A stretch of DNA of 64,000 nt from Convolutriloba macropyga. Taxonomy: Eukaryota. Both the position numbers and the translations under genes were made by a program. The DNA is taken from assembly GCF_964194025.1 (NCBI RefSeq), contig NC_134478.1, positions 53,010,001-53,074,000 on the forward strand. Direction: 5' to 3'. Positions 1 to 13,000 of this stretch are shown here, piece after piece (the first letter of the stretch is position 1; the number at the start of each line of letters is the position of its first letter). The notes below the pieces were generated by a model. It was not told the origin of the DNA and did not search any database. It saw nothing but the letters and a program-made list of their open reading frames with translations.

Positions 1-922
1 TTTTCTTATAACTTTGTTTTTTATCAAAGTAGAATTGAAATGGGTATAACTTCAAAGCTCTACAAGTTCAACTGAAATGGGGGAAAATTTTAAGTTGACC
101 TCAATCTCAATAGTATCCTACCCATTGCTTCAATTTTATACTTTTGAACCATTTTTTGGGTTTTTCCCAATTAATCCTCTCAAGAAATTGTAGCCCCCCA
201 TTATTGGATAATTACCATGATGGGGGGGGGGGTTAGTGGAAAAGTTTCGCTTCCAATTGAAAATTATTCAGCATTCAAATGCATGTTGAAATAAAATGTT
301 GACTATCTAATAATTCATAAAAAGAATTTTAAAGTCGCGCATGAAATTTTGGCTCTGCATATAAAAGTTCTGAGTTTAGTAAAAGTCAAGCGTCACACCT
401 GCTATTGCGCTAAATTTTTGCGCCACCTGTTACGTCGAGAGAAAGTGTAATTTTGAAAAATGGTTAATCTTAAGTCTACATGATATTGTGAAAAAGTTGC
501 AACATAGGTTTTTGATGTAAAACTTGGTCTTTTAATTAGACAACACCTAAGCAAATCAATTGAAAAAAAAAACATTTTGGAATTTAAGATTTTACCGTTT
601 TTATTCATCTAAAGATTGATTTATTCTAGAACGTCTATTTTGGATGTTCCACACTCGGTGAACTACTTTCTTATATCTATTTTTTTCCTACCCACTTTAG
701 TGGGGGGCGGGGAACTATACACTCAAATGCGTTTTTTTGTCCAGTCAATATTGACCGAGCAACATCTTCACCGTGGGAGCTGAGGGTGGCATCATTAGAA
801 AGACCGTCCAGCGAATAATACGGAATTAAAGAGATTTTTTTGATTTTCGCTTTTTTCAGTGAGTTAATGAGGTTTAGAGTTTTGTGAATAATAGACGGAT
901 TTCCGTTGTCTTTAGTTACATT

Positions 923-1059
923 NNNNNNNNNNNNNNNNNNNNNNNNNNNNNNNNNNNNNNNNNNNNNNNNNNNNNNNNNNNNNNNNNNNNNNNNNNNNNN
1001 NNNNNNNNNNNNNNNNNNNNNNNNNNNNNNNNNNNNNNNNNNNNNNNNNNNNNNNNNNN
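923..1059. other. Assembly gap (run of N)
   Basis: Run of n characters. Confidence 0.99.
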
Positions 1060-1399
1060 ATGTTAAAGTTGTTAGAAAAAAGTGTTGTTGGTTCATTTTG
1101 TAAACATGAGTTGTTGAAACTTATTTGGCTCAAAGTTTGGTGCTGACACAAAATTTGGTGCTGACACAATTTGTTTCACCTCAAGAGAGGGCCAATTTCC
1201 GTCTCCGCCTTCTTGGAAATGTTTTTGGGTTGAAAACTTCGCCAGTTTTTAAATAAAATATCTCGACAGTTTTGCAAACATTATTTCTCTCTGATAGATG
1301 AAATTTTTGTCAAAACATCTATATCCAATACACTGGAAATCAATGCATATTCATAACTAATGAACATTAAAAGTAAGGCTAGTTTTGGTCTAATCATTG

Positions 1400-4290
1400 A
1401 ATTCTAAATTTCAAAAACAACCCGGAGTGTAATCAATGCTGTCTTTCTTCGAAAAAATTTACAGCCTTTTTTATGTTCATTACAGAGAAGAACCTTTTTC
1501 ATCAAGGCTCACAATTGAAGGTACCAATTTGGTTCATAAACATTTGTTAGGTAATGTTTCTACTATTTTAGACGAAATTTTATTGTCATTTTGAATTTGA
1601 AATCTGTTATTTTCAGAATAAAAAATGGGTTATATAAATTTGCCACTATATTGTCTTTAATTTGATCAACTTGTAGCTTAGTTTCAGCACAGGGAGAATG
1701 CATCCTCTAATTGGAAAAGTTTTATTGTTTTTATGGTTTTAAATTGTTTTCTGACTTCAATACTACGAGTTCCGCAAAATTTTTTTTTCTGACTTTTCTT
1801 TTCCTTTTTTGGTTTTGTCACATCAAATTGCTGATAGATCACTTATTATTTTATTGGTATTCCAAAATTAGGCACAATTGAACATATCAATTTTATTACA
1901 TGAGTGTATTATAGTTTTAAAGGCTTCGACAAAATTTTCTGAAAGAATCAAATGAGATTTTTATCAATTTGTCTTTAATTCTTTTTTTGTTCTAGCATGA
2001 AAATTTTTTCAAATATTGGGGATTTCAATGGCTTGTTTCACATGAGCCTATTTAGTGATTTAAGTTGTTAGCTGATGGTTTTCATGACTTCAAATATAAA
2101 TTTTTTCAATCAATGTGGAGGATTTTTTAAAAATTTTCTCCTGTTGTTTCTGTCGTCTTGTAGCCTAGTCTCGATAATCGCATTTCAAAACAATTGTTTA
2201 AGGGGCGCATTTGTAGATATAGTTTTTTAGTGAAATGATTATGCTTTTATTAGCTTCCACAGCCGTTTTTCGCGAAAACTAAGTTAAAATAACTTTGATT
2301 TTTCTCTAAATTTGAAGTTCTTTCTTTAAACGTATCACCAAATCTGCGTGATGGAAGATTTTCTTGGCTTCATTAGGGGCATAAACAAACATAATCAAAT
2401 AACTCATTTTAATGCTGTTAAAAAACCTATTTTTGCTCTGCACCTATTTTTGTTACCCAGTGTCTTGTCAATTAAAGGTCAGACATGACGTTTCTGAAAT
2501 CGAGGGCAGGCGAAAATTAGTGGATTTAAACCAAATTTATGTTTTTAACGGCTTGAAAGCCGGTTTTTTGCCAGAAAAACTGTATTAAGTTTTGATTTTT
2601 GCCTGTGTTTGAGGTTCTTTTGTAAATGTATGACATATATTGAATAATGACAGGTCTCAATGGCTACAGAAGGAGGAATGATAAGATCAGATCTGATGAT
2701 TTGAATTAATAGCAGACTCATGACTGATAGTTTTCATTACAGATGGTTTTCATGACTTTGATTTTTTTTCAAATAACTTAAGTGTTTCTTGACTCTGCAT
2801 TTTTTGTACTCTTTATCTTTTTTCGTTTATTACACATTCTTGCTCATTACAGGTCACTTATTAGCTTATTGTTGTAGAGCGCAGTTAATCATATCTAGAT
2901 ATCTAAAGTTTCCAAGATATTGATTATGGTGATAATGGGTACGGTATGACAACGGTTTTTCGAGTTTTTTTTCTTTTTGGAACATTGTCTGTTTTTGACG
3001 TTATTTTAATTAACGTGTTAAAGTCTGATTAATGACAGGTCTCAAGGGCTTCCTATTGAGGAAAAAAAGGAACTGATTAATATTTTTAATTATTGCTGAT
3101 TGCTTTAATGACTTTGGAATAACTGTCTTAAGAGAAATTTTTTATCACTCTGCATCTTCTTTTCTTTTTTGTCTATTTGTTACCTAGTCTCAATATTCAC
3201 AGGTCACATATCACTTTTTGGGTCATCAAGAAGCGTTTTTAGAGATATCTATTGTTTTAGTGAAGTGATTATGGAATTAATGGCTTCGACAACCATTTTT
3301 CGCAAGAAATTTACTTTGTTTTTGAAATTGTCTGTATTTGAAGCTCTTTCTTTAAGCGTTTGACAAAATCTGTTTGACGGCTGACTTTGGTGGCTTTTTT
3401 TGTGGGCAGAAACAAAAATATTCAAATGTATTCATTTTTACAGCTGACACCTAATTTTTGATTTCATTTTCAGCTAAGTTTTTTCATGATACTTAATTAG
3501 TTGTTCTCGAAAATATAAATGTTGTTCTTAACTTTGCTATTTCGTTGTCTGCAAGTAAGTCTCTTTAACGAGTGGTAACATATCCTTTTATTGGTGTTCA
3601 AACAACGCTCAACCAATCATTTCGTTTTCTTGGCGCAAATTTATGGTCATAAAGGCTTCGTCACCTTTTTCTCGCAATTTTTTTTGAGTTTTTGTTTCTT
3701 TTTGTATTTGGGATTGTTTGTAGTGGTATGAGAAAGTCTTAAAATTGACAGTTCCAATGTCTTATCTAATGTAGTTATAAATGGTCGTATTACAAATTTA
3801 TTCAATCATTTCAAATCATATCTAGCAGTTTTCATTACTTTGGAACCAATTGTTTTCAAAATTTATGAGGGTATTTTTCAAGTTAACCGCTTTTGTTGTT
3901 TTTCGTCTTTTTGTTGCCAAGTCTCATTGAGGACTGGTTTCATATCTTTTCTAGTGATGAAAACTGAACTATTTTTTTAAGTTTAAGTTTTATCTGGCTT
4001 TTATCTGGCGCTATTTGGTCTTTGATATTGAGTTTTTCTACAAATAGAAATCGAATTTTTGATGTTGTTAATGTTTGTTGTTGTTGTTTGTTTCTGCTGT
4101 TTGTCTTGTCTCGTGTTCTTAATAATGGCAAATCTCCACGGCCCTCTAAAGCGGTGTTTTCCAAAAAAATTCTACTGAGTGATTTGAGTTGGAAGCATTT
4201 TTTTTATTCATACACAAATTAGTTTCAAAAATATTTGAAGTTTTTGAAAGTTTTCCATTCCTTTGGATCTTGGTAGACAATTAAGTTGTT
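1400..4290 (+). repeat. Long AT-rich dispersed repeat with degenerate internal subrepeats (boundaries approximate)
   Basis: Recurring motifs ggcttcgac, gacaggtctcaa and gatggttttcatgacttt. The segment near 4060-4290 resembles 34020-34210, 38200-38390 and, reversed, 56590-56780. Related copies at about 32800-34330 (+), 49100-49650 (-) and 56520-58000 (-). Confidence 0.6.
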
Positions 4291-5026
4291 TTCATATAGA
4301 ATGAATTTTGTAAATGTAAACTATTTCTAGGTAATATCAGCTCAACAGCATTGAGCATATCAAATTGCAGTGCATTAACACAACGCTTTTTTTTTAACTT
4401 TCCTCATTTATTCTCTATTTTTCACTGTTACTCGAGCATGTTTGTTTTTGTTTCTGATGATTATGGACACATTTTACCCTCTGAAGTTTTCACCTGGTTT
4501 ATCAGTCCAGCAAAGATTGGTGAGATTTTGTTTTACTAAAAGCTGCAAGTGAAAACTAATCTTAACAGAAACAGTTTCAGTAAAACATTTTAGGAAGAAA
4601 CAGTTTGGGAACTAATTTTGTCTAACGTTGCCGGTCAAATCGCACATTTATGTCTTGGTATCACTCTGTAAAGGGAAAAATTCGCCGCGTAGGGATCAAG
4701 TACTATGTTGATGTTCCAGAACAAATAAGAACAAAGAAAAAATTTGGTCAGACCATATCCTGACTGTTTTCCGGACTTTTGCTCATAATTTTCTTTAAAC
4801 CGCTTTTGTGTAATATTTGCCAAATGTAACGCAGAATAAAAAAATTGCACTGAATGTGAAATTGTCGCGTCTTTCAAGAATAATCATGTATTTCGAAAGG
4901 ATAGAAACTCAATACGAACTTTCTTCTTGAGCCATCTTTTCTTAAATAATTTTTAAAAACCTGGCCAGAAGGTGCGGTCAAAATTCTGTTTGTTTTGGTA
5001 CCCTTGCCTAGCCTGGTGTAACTAAC

Positions 5027-5330
5027 TTTTTGCTCCATAAACACAGTGTGCTGCAGTGACCACCCACTGCGATGACACAATAGTACCTCCACAAGCTTCT
5101 GTATATGTACGACTTCGCCAAGTATACACCTGGACATAGAACCTCCGCCTCGGACTCAAGTGACCTCCTAAGATGTTAAAGGTCAAGGCAGATCTAAGTC
5201 GTGACTTCTGTTCAGTCCTCCTCTCATCGAGATTAAATGTTTGATCATTTTCTTTTCTGATGAATTGGAATCCCCGACAAAATACTAAAATTGCAGTGAT
5301 CAATAAAGAGAATAATGTTAGATTGGTCAT
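5027..5330 (-). CDS. Trypsin-like (S1A) serine protease, first coding exon: signal peptide, propeptide and catalytic His region
   Basis: MTNLTLFSLLITAILVFCRG signal peptide; ILGG mature N-terminus; CGGTIVSSQWVVTAAHC motif. Ends at a phase-1 GTTAGT donor (5026). No intact Asp or GDSGG exon was found downstream. Confidence 0.8.
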
Positions 5331-6354
5331 TGTTTCAAACTACTATTATCATCAATAATAAACTATTTTCTTTCTATTTGTTCAGGAAAGTTCACGTTAA
5401 TATCATGCTATGATATCTCGCATAGTTTAATACGCACTTGTTGAATTATTTAATCCCGGGTCAAGCTTTGCTGAAAAATAAAGTATGACTTAAGGTGAAT
5501 AAGCGTTGACGGTGAAAAAAAAACACAACACTGCGCCCCCACTGTTTTATGGTTGTCCATGAAAGTTCATTTGAACAATAGGGTATGAGATCTCGGGCAG
5601 TTTAGTAGAAACTTGAGGATTTGAGCTTAGAGGAATTTCGGGGTGAAATTTTGCAAGACCAGTCAAAAGTCGGTTTCTTTTCTCCCATACCAACTAAGTG
5701 AATTGCAGGCCAAACCGTGGAAGAGAACGAGAAGGAAAACACTTTCGAGCATTTTATTAATTGAAAGTGTCTACGCTAATTTCAGCACCAGGCTGTATAA
5801 TACGCAGGCAAAATCATAATTTCTGTCAAATGTATGATCAAAATTTATTCACAGATCTTGTCTCAAATTGCGTTTAACAAATGAACTTCAACGTTTTTAA
5901 AAATTGTATGCATACTAATTTAAAAAATTCTAATTCAAATCAATCCAAATGGTCTATAGATTAATGTTTCACTCATCAAATTTTTCTCATTTTTTATTGC
6001 AAAAAAGAGCTAAAAACACCTGAGCAGCAGCCCCAACATATGAAAAAGGTCCTGACACATATTGCCATTAAAAAAGTATTTGACTCGACTTTGACGCTAA
6101 TTTTCTACTTTGTTTTGAACTACCATTACAGTCCTGCATGTCGATCTAAACTTAATGGATAAAGATTTCGATCAAAACGCGCCAACAACATTGATCCGTA
6201 GGCGACGCAACATTTATTGCTACTCTATCAAACCTTAAATTGGCAGAGTCTACGAAACAAAGGGTTTAAAACATAAATCAGACCAACTTTTATAGCAACG
6301 GTAGTTCCTAGAATGTTGTATCGTTGAAGCATGTTGATGAAAAATGATTAAGAT

Positions 6355-6640
6355 TTCGTAGATCAAATTTAGTCATAGAAACCATTAAAAAATTGGAAAA
6401 CTGGCTCCAACCCAATTTTTTGGAACCAAAGGCTTTGGGATGAAAAAAAATCAAGTAATCCAGTTCGAAACTATGAATGTATTTAAACATGATTCTAAAT
6501 CCCGGGCCCCTCCCCTGCCTCCGTGAAAGAGAACTATCGTCGATTGACATGTACACACCCTTATACCTCACAAAAATCAAGCTATGAAAAACGTTATAAA
6601 AGTCCGAGGCGCATTTGCGTGTTCCCCTGAGACGAATTTA
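6355..6640 (+). repeat. Dispersed repeat, second diverged copy at about 7955-8465
   Basis: Shared blocks tagatcaaa...aaccattaaaaa...gaaaactggct, aaacatgattct.aat.cc and caccctt.tacct...aagtccga in both places. Confidence 0.65.
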
Positions 6641-8469
6641 AGGAAACCTAGAAGTGTTTAAGAACCCTCTAAATAATGAGGAGGTAAGAATCTGTGTCGT
6701 GGTCTCAAGCACGAGTAACAAGAGTTTTATTATTCATTTTCATAATTGAATTCAAAATGGTCTAAAAGTACAAAAATTCACAGGTATTTATAGTCGCTAT
6801 CAGTTCTCGATCAGTGCTATAGTCGATATCACAATCTGCATGCTCAGCAAGCATTTAAGATGATTTGCAGGTAACATTTAACGGCATAAATTGACTCAAA
6901 ATTGACCGGCAAAGTTACTCTTATTTTTGAATGAGTAAACATGAAATTGATTAAATGTTTATCACAAAAATTTAGAGAATTTTCAAGAAAGGAAATCAAT
7001 CCAAAAGGCTGAAAAAGGTGGTGGTAAGAGTCTCGTGTCCTCTTTCTTCATATTGAATAGTTAGCAATTTTGTCATGTCTGCTCCTCAGTGGGCGAAATT
7101 TCACATTCTCAGAGAAAATGATTTAATGGAAACCACCTTTATTTTTTTTCATTAAATTAATTAAAACTACGAAATTTATGCGTTTTTTCTTGATACTGTT
7201 TCCAATCTGTGCACTCCGGCTAATTTAATTAAAGCTTCAAGGTCTAGTTCTTCAGTTGTTGAAAATAAAAGAAGTCCTCCGGCTAAAACTGGCTTTAACT
7301 TACCTAAAATAGCTAAAAAGAGAAAAAGCCAAAATTGTCTGCTTTTGGTTAAACTAAAAGGAAAAATGTTTACTAAATTGGATTTAAAAACCCAGCTATG
7401 GTTGATGATCAATAGCTTTGTTCTGAAACAATGTGAAGAAAGAACAGAACTCAACTTGTCTTATACGTTTAATTGAAATGGTGTAAATAGGGCAAGTTGA
7501 CGCCCAACAAGATAGGAAAAACCTGAATTTTTGGAGGCACACTTTTAGGCTAAATGTTCACATTTTTGTGACTTTAGAAAATTCAAACTCTAGAAAAAAA
7601 ATCAGTTTATTGGTTGAAAATTGAGAACACCGACACTTTTTTGTACCTGAGCCTCTGAAAATGTCAAAATATTGTGCAAAATTAGAAACCCTAAAAAACA
7701 CTGGCAGCTCCTCTACTTTCATGAGCAGTGGTTTTTAAAACAGCTGCTGTGTTAATTTCGTTGCTCGCCAATCTTTTTCTCATTGGGAAAACAATCAATT
7801 TAATTCAACAGCAAGTATCTGTGACGAAAAAACAAGTAAAATAGATCACAGCAGTAATTCTGCTCTTTGGCCAGTTCGATAAAAAATAAAATTGAGAATG
7901 GAACAGCTTTTTTCCTGGCTTGTTGAACCACTGAAACTGGAAGAAAATTTTTTTATAGATCAAAATTACTAATCGAAACCATTAAAAATTAGAAAACTGG
8001 CTTGAATACCATGAGAATGATTTTTTGAAAATTTTTCCTAGAGCCTCGGATCAAAGAAATCGAGTAATCTCATTTTGAGGCAGATTTTGACTCTCAACTA
8101 AAGCTCATATGGACTTTTCTGGAGCCATTCTGTCAAAATTGACATGAATGGACTGACATCCAGAATTGAAAGAGGTTCTGGACCTAATCGAGCTGTGATC
8201 TGCTAAAAGGGTTAATGCCGGATAACGTTTATATTAAGAATCTATTTATATCTGACTCAAAACGTAATACAATTTTGCCAAACAATGATTATTTTCAATT
8301 TGGAACTGCGTGCGTGTATTCAAACATGATTCTGAATTCCGGAACCCCACTCACTGCCTCGGTGGAATGCATATATCTTAGATTGACATATACTCACCCT
8401 TGTACCTTACAATGATTAAGCTGTGCAAAACGTCATACAAGTCCGAAGTGTTCACACGAGACAAAGTTG

Positions 8470-9540
8470 CCCAGGTTGAGGTGCCCTCTGGAAGTGGCCT
8501 CTGATCAGACCGTGCCAGACGAAAGCAACCTCTGATCAGACCATTCTAGACCAAAGTGTCCACTGATCAAGCTGACGTGCGTTTGAAACACCGTGATTGC
8601 TCGGAGTGCGCTCGAAGTTGTCTTATATCAGACCTTGCCAGACGGAAATGGCCTCTGATCAGACCGAAATCAGATCATTGTCCAGGTGATTGTGCGACCA
8701 CCATTGCGCAGACGATTATGCGCTCAAAATTACATCTGATCAGACTATTTTGCGCTCGAAAATCACTCCTGATCCTACTATTGTGCGCTCGAAATCGCCT
8801 CTTATCAGACTCAATTGCGTCCAAAATTGTCTTATGAGTGAATAGTTTTCACTATGAACGAATCTCTTTAATTTTTCTGTAAAACATTTAATTAATAGAA
8901 ATAATGTTTGCAGTACGAAATTCGTCTGAGGAAAAACCAATTGTAAAAGTATTGCTAATGGAAATGGAACCTATCTGTTGAGGAAACAAATTACTTGTTT
9001 CCATTAGAGCATATTTCTGACTCAATGGATGAACTTATACAGCTTTCAAATAGAAACATCGTGGGCTTCAGTTAATCAAAATTGCCTCTTAATATGACAG
9101 GAGTTTGGTATCAGCTGGAACCCTTTGGTTCTGATCAGAGGCAGAAGACTCTAGATGTGCCTCTGATCGGAAAAATGATTTTTGTTGCCTCTCGGCAGAG
9201 CCAATCTCTTATTAAAAAATACAAAAATTGAAAGAAAAAAATGCGCTCGAAATGGCCTCTGGTCAGACCCAATTGCGCTCAAAATCTTCTCTGATCAGAC
9301 TAATGCGCGCTTGAACCCGCCTCTGATCAGACCAACCGAGACGGAAATGACCTCTGATCAGACCATTACCATTCGGAAGTGACGTCTGATCAGACCATCC
9401 CCAGACCGAAGTGACTTCTGATAATACTGAAGCGCGCTCGAACCAAATCCCAGACCCTGTAATTTTGGTCTAGAAACACACAGTGTGCGTTGGAATTGGG
9501 TCTGATCAGAGGTCACTTCCGTCTCGCGCCTCAACCTGGG
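8470..9540. mobile_element. Non-autonomous EnSpm/CACTA(CMC)-like DNA transposon, copy 1
   Basis: Terminal inverted repeats CCCAGGTTGAGG...CCTCAACCTGGG and many subterminal CTCTGATCAGAC repeats; collinear with 41892-42849. Confidence 0.8.
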
Positions 9541-9584
9541 TATAGAAACTGAAAGAGAAAACTGTTTAATTACACTTTAAATAA

Positions 9585-9590
9585 TTTATT
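9585..9590 (-). promoter_or_regulatory. Candidate polyadenylation signal (AATAAA) of the progranulin-like gene
   Basis: tttatt on the plus strand, about 365 nt downstream of the TAG stop at 9955. Confidence 0.55.
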
Positions 9591-9954
9591 TGTAAATCTG
9601 CACGCTCAGTGTGCATGTAATATGTTGTGCAGCTAAAATTTAATTGCATAACTTTCCTCAAAATGACCCACAAAAATATTTTCATTTCTGAATGGATAAG
9701 TTTGAAACAAAAATATGCGTGCTAAGAAATGTGCACAAAAATATCTTGATAAGAATTTCATGTTATCTTTTACGCAGGAAAATGATTTTATAAAGCTTCT
9801 GTATGATTAACGCCGAAGGGGCAGAGTTCCCTTAACCGTTTTGTTTTGTGTAACAGTTCCTTTAACCAATTTTTTTTTGTGAAATAATTGTTCATTGGTC
9901 CGTTTGTTGAGTGCTGCATTGTCATGTTGTCTATTGTTGTTGTGTTGTGTTGTG

Positions 9955-10070
9955 CTATTTTGTGCAAATATGATTGGTAGTGTCACAAGAAGTGTCTTTG
10001 GGACAACATGTCTTCTTATCAGCACAACAGACTGCACCCTCCAATGGACAACACATCTCACCACTTCGAC
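9955..10070 (-). CDS. GRN: Progranulin-like exon 6 (C-part of granulin 3, stop)
   Basis: gttgtag|(G)RSGEMCCPLEGAVCCADKKTCCPKDTSCDTTNHICTK*. Not present in the ORF track. Confidence 0.95.
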
Positions 10071-13000
10071 CTACAACACATTAAACCATGCAGTTCATCT
10101 ACCTTAATTTACACCTCGAATTTCAACAAAATCACTCACATTTCATCAATAAGAATTTGCGAGATTCGTGCAACATTTTTACGACATCTTGCAAGATTAG
10201 CATACGAACCCGACTCGGGTATTAATGACTAAAGTTGCATACCTTCCGCGTCCTATCAAAATTTCTTACCAAGTATTTCGTAATTTACCAAGTCACGTAT
10301 TAATACTTTCATCAATGATATTTGACATTTTGTTTGGTACAAAACCAAAGGCATCTTTTCCATTTGTGACCCCCCCCTCAAGCTTAATGGGTGCATATTT
10401 ATTGCACCCTCAGACGCACGTGCCATATTTTTACATGATGATTTACTATGTAATGCCGCGTGCTCTGTAACTGGAAACACCAAGATCCTTCATATTTCAT
10501 TATTCCAACACTATCAATTTGCAGATCTATTCTGCTCCCCCCCCGCCAGCTTAGTGGGCATACATTTTTTACGATACCCAGGCGCACATGTTCATTTTTA
10601 AAATTTTTAGTAACGTGCTATATAACAAATATATAAATGGCAATTTGACTTGGCAAGCAAGATTTAAATGTAAGACCGCGAACAGTAATCACAAGCATTA
10701 CCCACATTTGTTGAAAAATTTTGACAATTACGAATTCTTACTTTTCGAAATGTTCCAAAGCACCAATATACAAGAGAAATGAAACTCTCCTCCGAACGAC
10801 GCTTTTTTACATTGCCCCGCTAAAATGAAAAAATGGGACTAATTTATTTTCAAAGCAGTCCAATTGAGTAAGAAAAAACTTATGGAGGCCTCCTCTAGAT
10901 CAACTGATTGAGCATTTTGAACCAAACCCTTTCCTTGAACCTAATTGAGACTTATTAAACTACAATCATCAAATAAAATCGTCAAAAAGAAGACCTATTA
11001 CATGCTATTATTAAGTATGAACAGGCTCGGGTGAGCAAAATTGGACTAGCAAGACTAATAAAAAATTAATGCCTATTTTTTAAGAGAAGTTAGTGAAAAT
11101 AGAGTTTAGGAATAATAACTTCAAGAATGATTTTCCGATAAACTTTGAACAAGATGTCAATAAAGATCAATTTTTTGATGAAATAAAGAAGCAGCTCCCA
11201 CATTTAAAAATTGAAAATAATCCACATTAAAATAAATATATCCCATTTACTCAACAAATCCAAATATGGACATTAGCTTATCTCCAGATTTCAAAACAGG
11301 TAATTGGGGGTGCTAGGACAATAGATCGAAAGACAACAGATCGAAAGCAAAAATTGGGACATTAGATCGAAAATTAAATTATTCAGGTTGCATCTTGGTC
11401 AATCAGATTTGAGCGCTCATTTATTAACAGCGGCGCTAGTGACAATGGCAGACGTACCAAAATATAGAAAGTTTATTGCTGGCCAATCACAGCCCAGAAA
11501 ATGGCAATATTGTTTTCTGATTGGCTGATTGCTCAACAAGTTCTCAATGTTTTAAAATAGGATATGAGCGTTAACGTAAAACTGCTCAGAAATTGCGAAA
11601 CGACGAAAAGGCCAAATTATACGTATTTTGTGGGAAACTGGTCTCACGTTCGTTTGCGATAGATTCATCTCCGTTGCCATTGATACTCTAATTTGGGAAT
11701 TTCAGAAAAATAAAAACATTCAAAATAATTTGACTTCGCAAGCAAGGTTTAAATGTAAGACCGCAAACAGGGCTCACAAGCAGCACCCACAATTGTTGAC
11801 AAATTTTGAAAATTACGATTTCTTTTTTTTCAAATTGTTCCAAAGCACCAATATACAGATGAAATAAAGCTCTTCTCCAAAAGACGATTTTTTACATTGC
11901 CCCGTTCAAATGAAAAATTGGGACTACTTTGACTTCAAAGCAGTTCAGTTGAGTAAGAAAAAACTTATGGTGGCCTCCTCTGGACCATCTAATTAGGCAA
12001 TTTAAATCAAACTCTTTACTTGAACCTAATTGATACTTATTAATCTACAATAATCAAATAAATTTATCAAAAAGAAGAACTATTACAAGCTATTATCAAT
12101 TATGATCTGGCTCGGGTGAGCAAATTTGGACTAGCAAGACTAATAAAAAATTAATGCCTTTTTCTTAAGAGAAGTTAGTGAAAATAAAGTTTGAGAATAA
12201 AAATTTAAAGCATGATTTTCTGACAAATTTTGAACAGAATGTCAAAAATGATAAATTGTTTGAGGAAAAAAAGATACGTCTCCCACATTTACAATTTGAA
12301 ACCAATCCAAATTAAAATAAGTAAATCCCATTTACTCAACAAAAACCAAATATGGACACTAGCTCATCTCCAGATTTGAAAAAAGGTATTTGGGTGAACT
12401 AGGACAATAGATCGAAAGACAACAGATCGAACGCGAAAATTGGGACATTGGATCGAAAATTAAATTATTCAAGTTGCATCTTGGCCGATCAGATTTGAGC
12501 GCTCATTTGTTAACAGCGGCACTAGTGAAAATGGCAGACGTACCAAAATATAGAAATCTTATTGCTGGCCAGTCACAATTGAGAAAATGAGAACATTGTT
12601 TTCTGATTGGCTGATTGCTCAACAAATTCTCAATGTTTTAAAATAGGATATTAGCGTTAACGTAAAACTGCTCAGAAATTGCGATAAGCCGAAAAAACAA
12701 AATTATAATTTTTTGGGGGAAAACTGATCTCACGTTTGGTTGTGATAGATTCCTATCAAGTCCCACGGGCCGCTGAGGCATGACCATGGCCCGCGAGGCA
12801 TGGCCAGATGCGGTAAAATATATAATCTAGCCTTAGGCTATGTCCAATTTGGGCTAATTGAACACTTAAAAGTACAGTGTTTTAAATTTCTCAACAATCG
12901 CATTCGTTGAAATTTCTACATATTATAGCATATAATACAGCATATATTCCAGCATATAACATGTTCTGTTGTGATATTTTGTTCGGTTGTGATAGATTAA

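Noticed and set aside
677-922. ORF with KKISLIPYYS...SND resembling the trypsin catalytic-Asp region
   Set aside because: No DIAL-like motif, it abuts the N gap, and the DNA looks like a transposon end.
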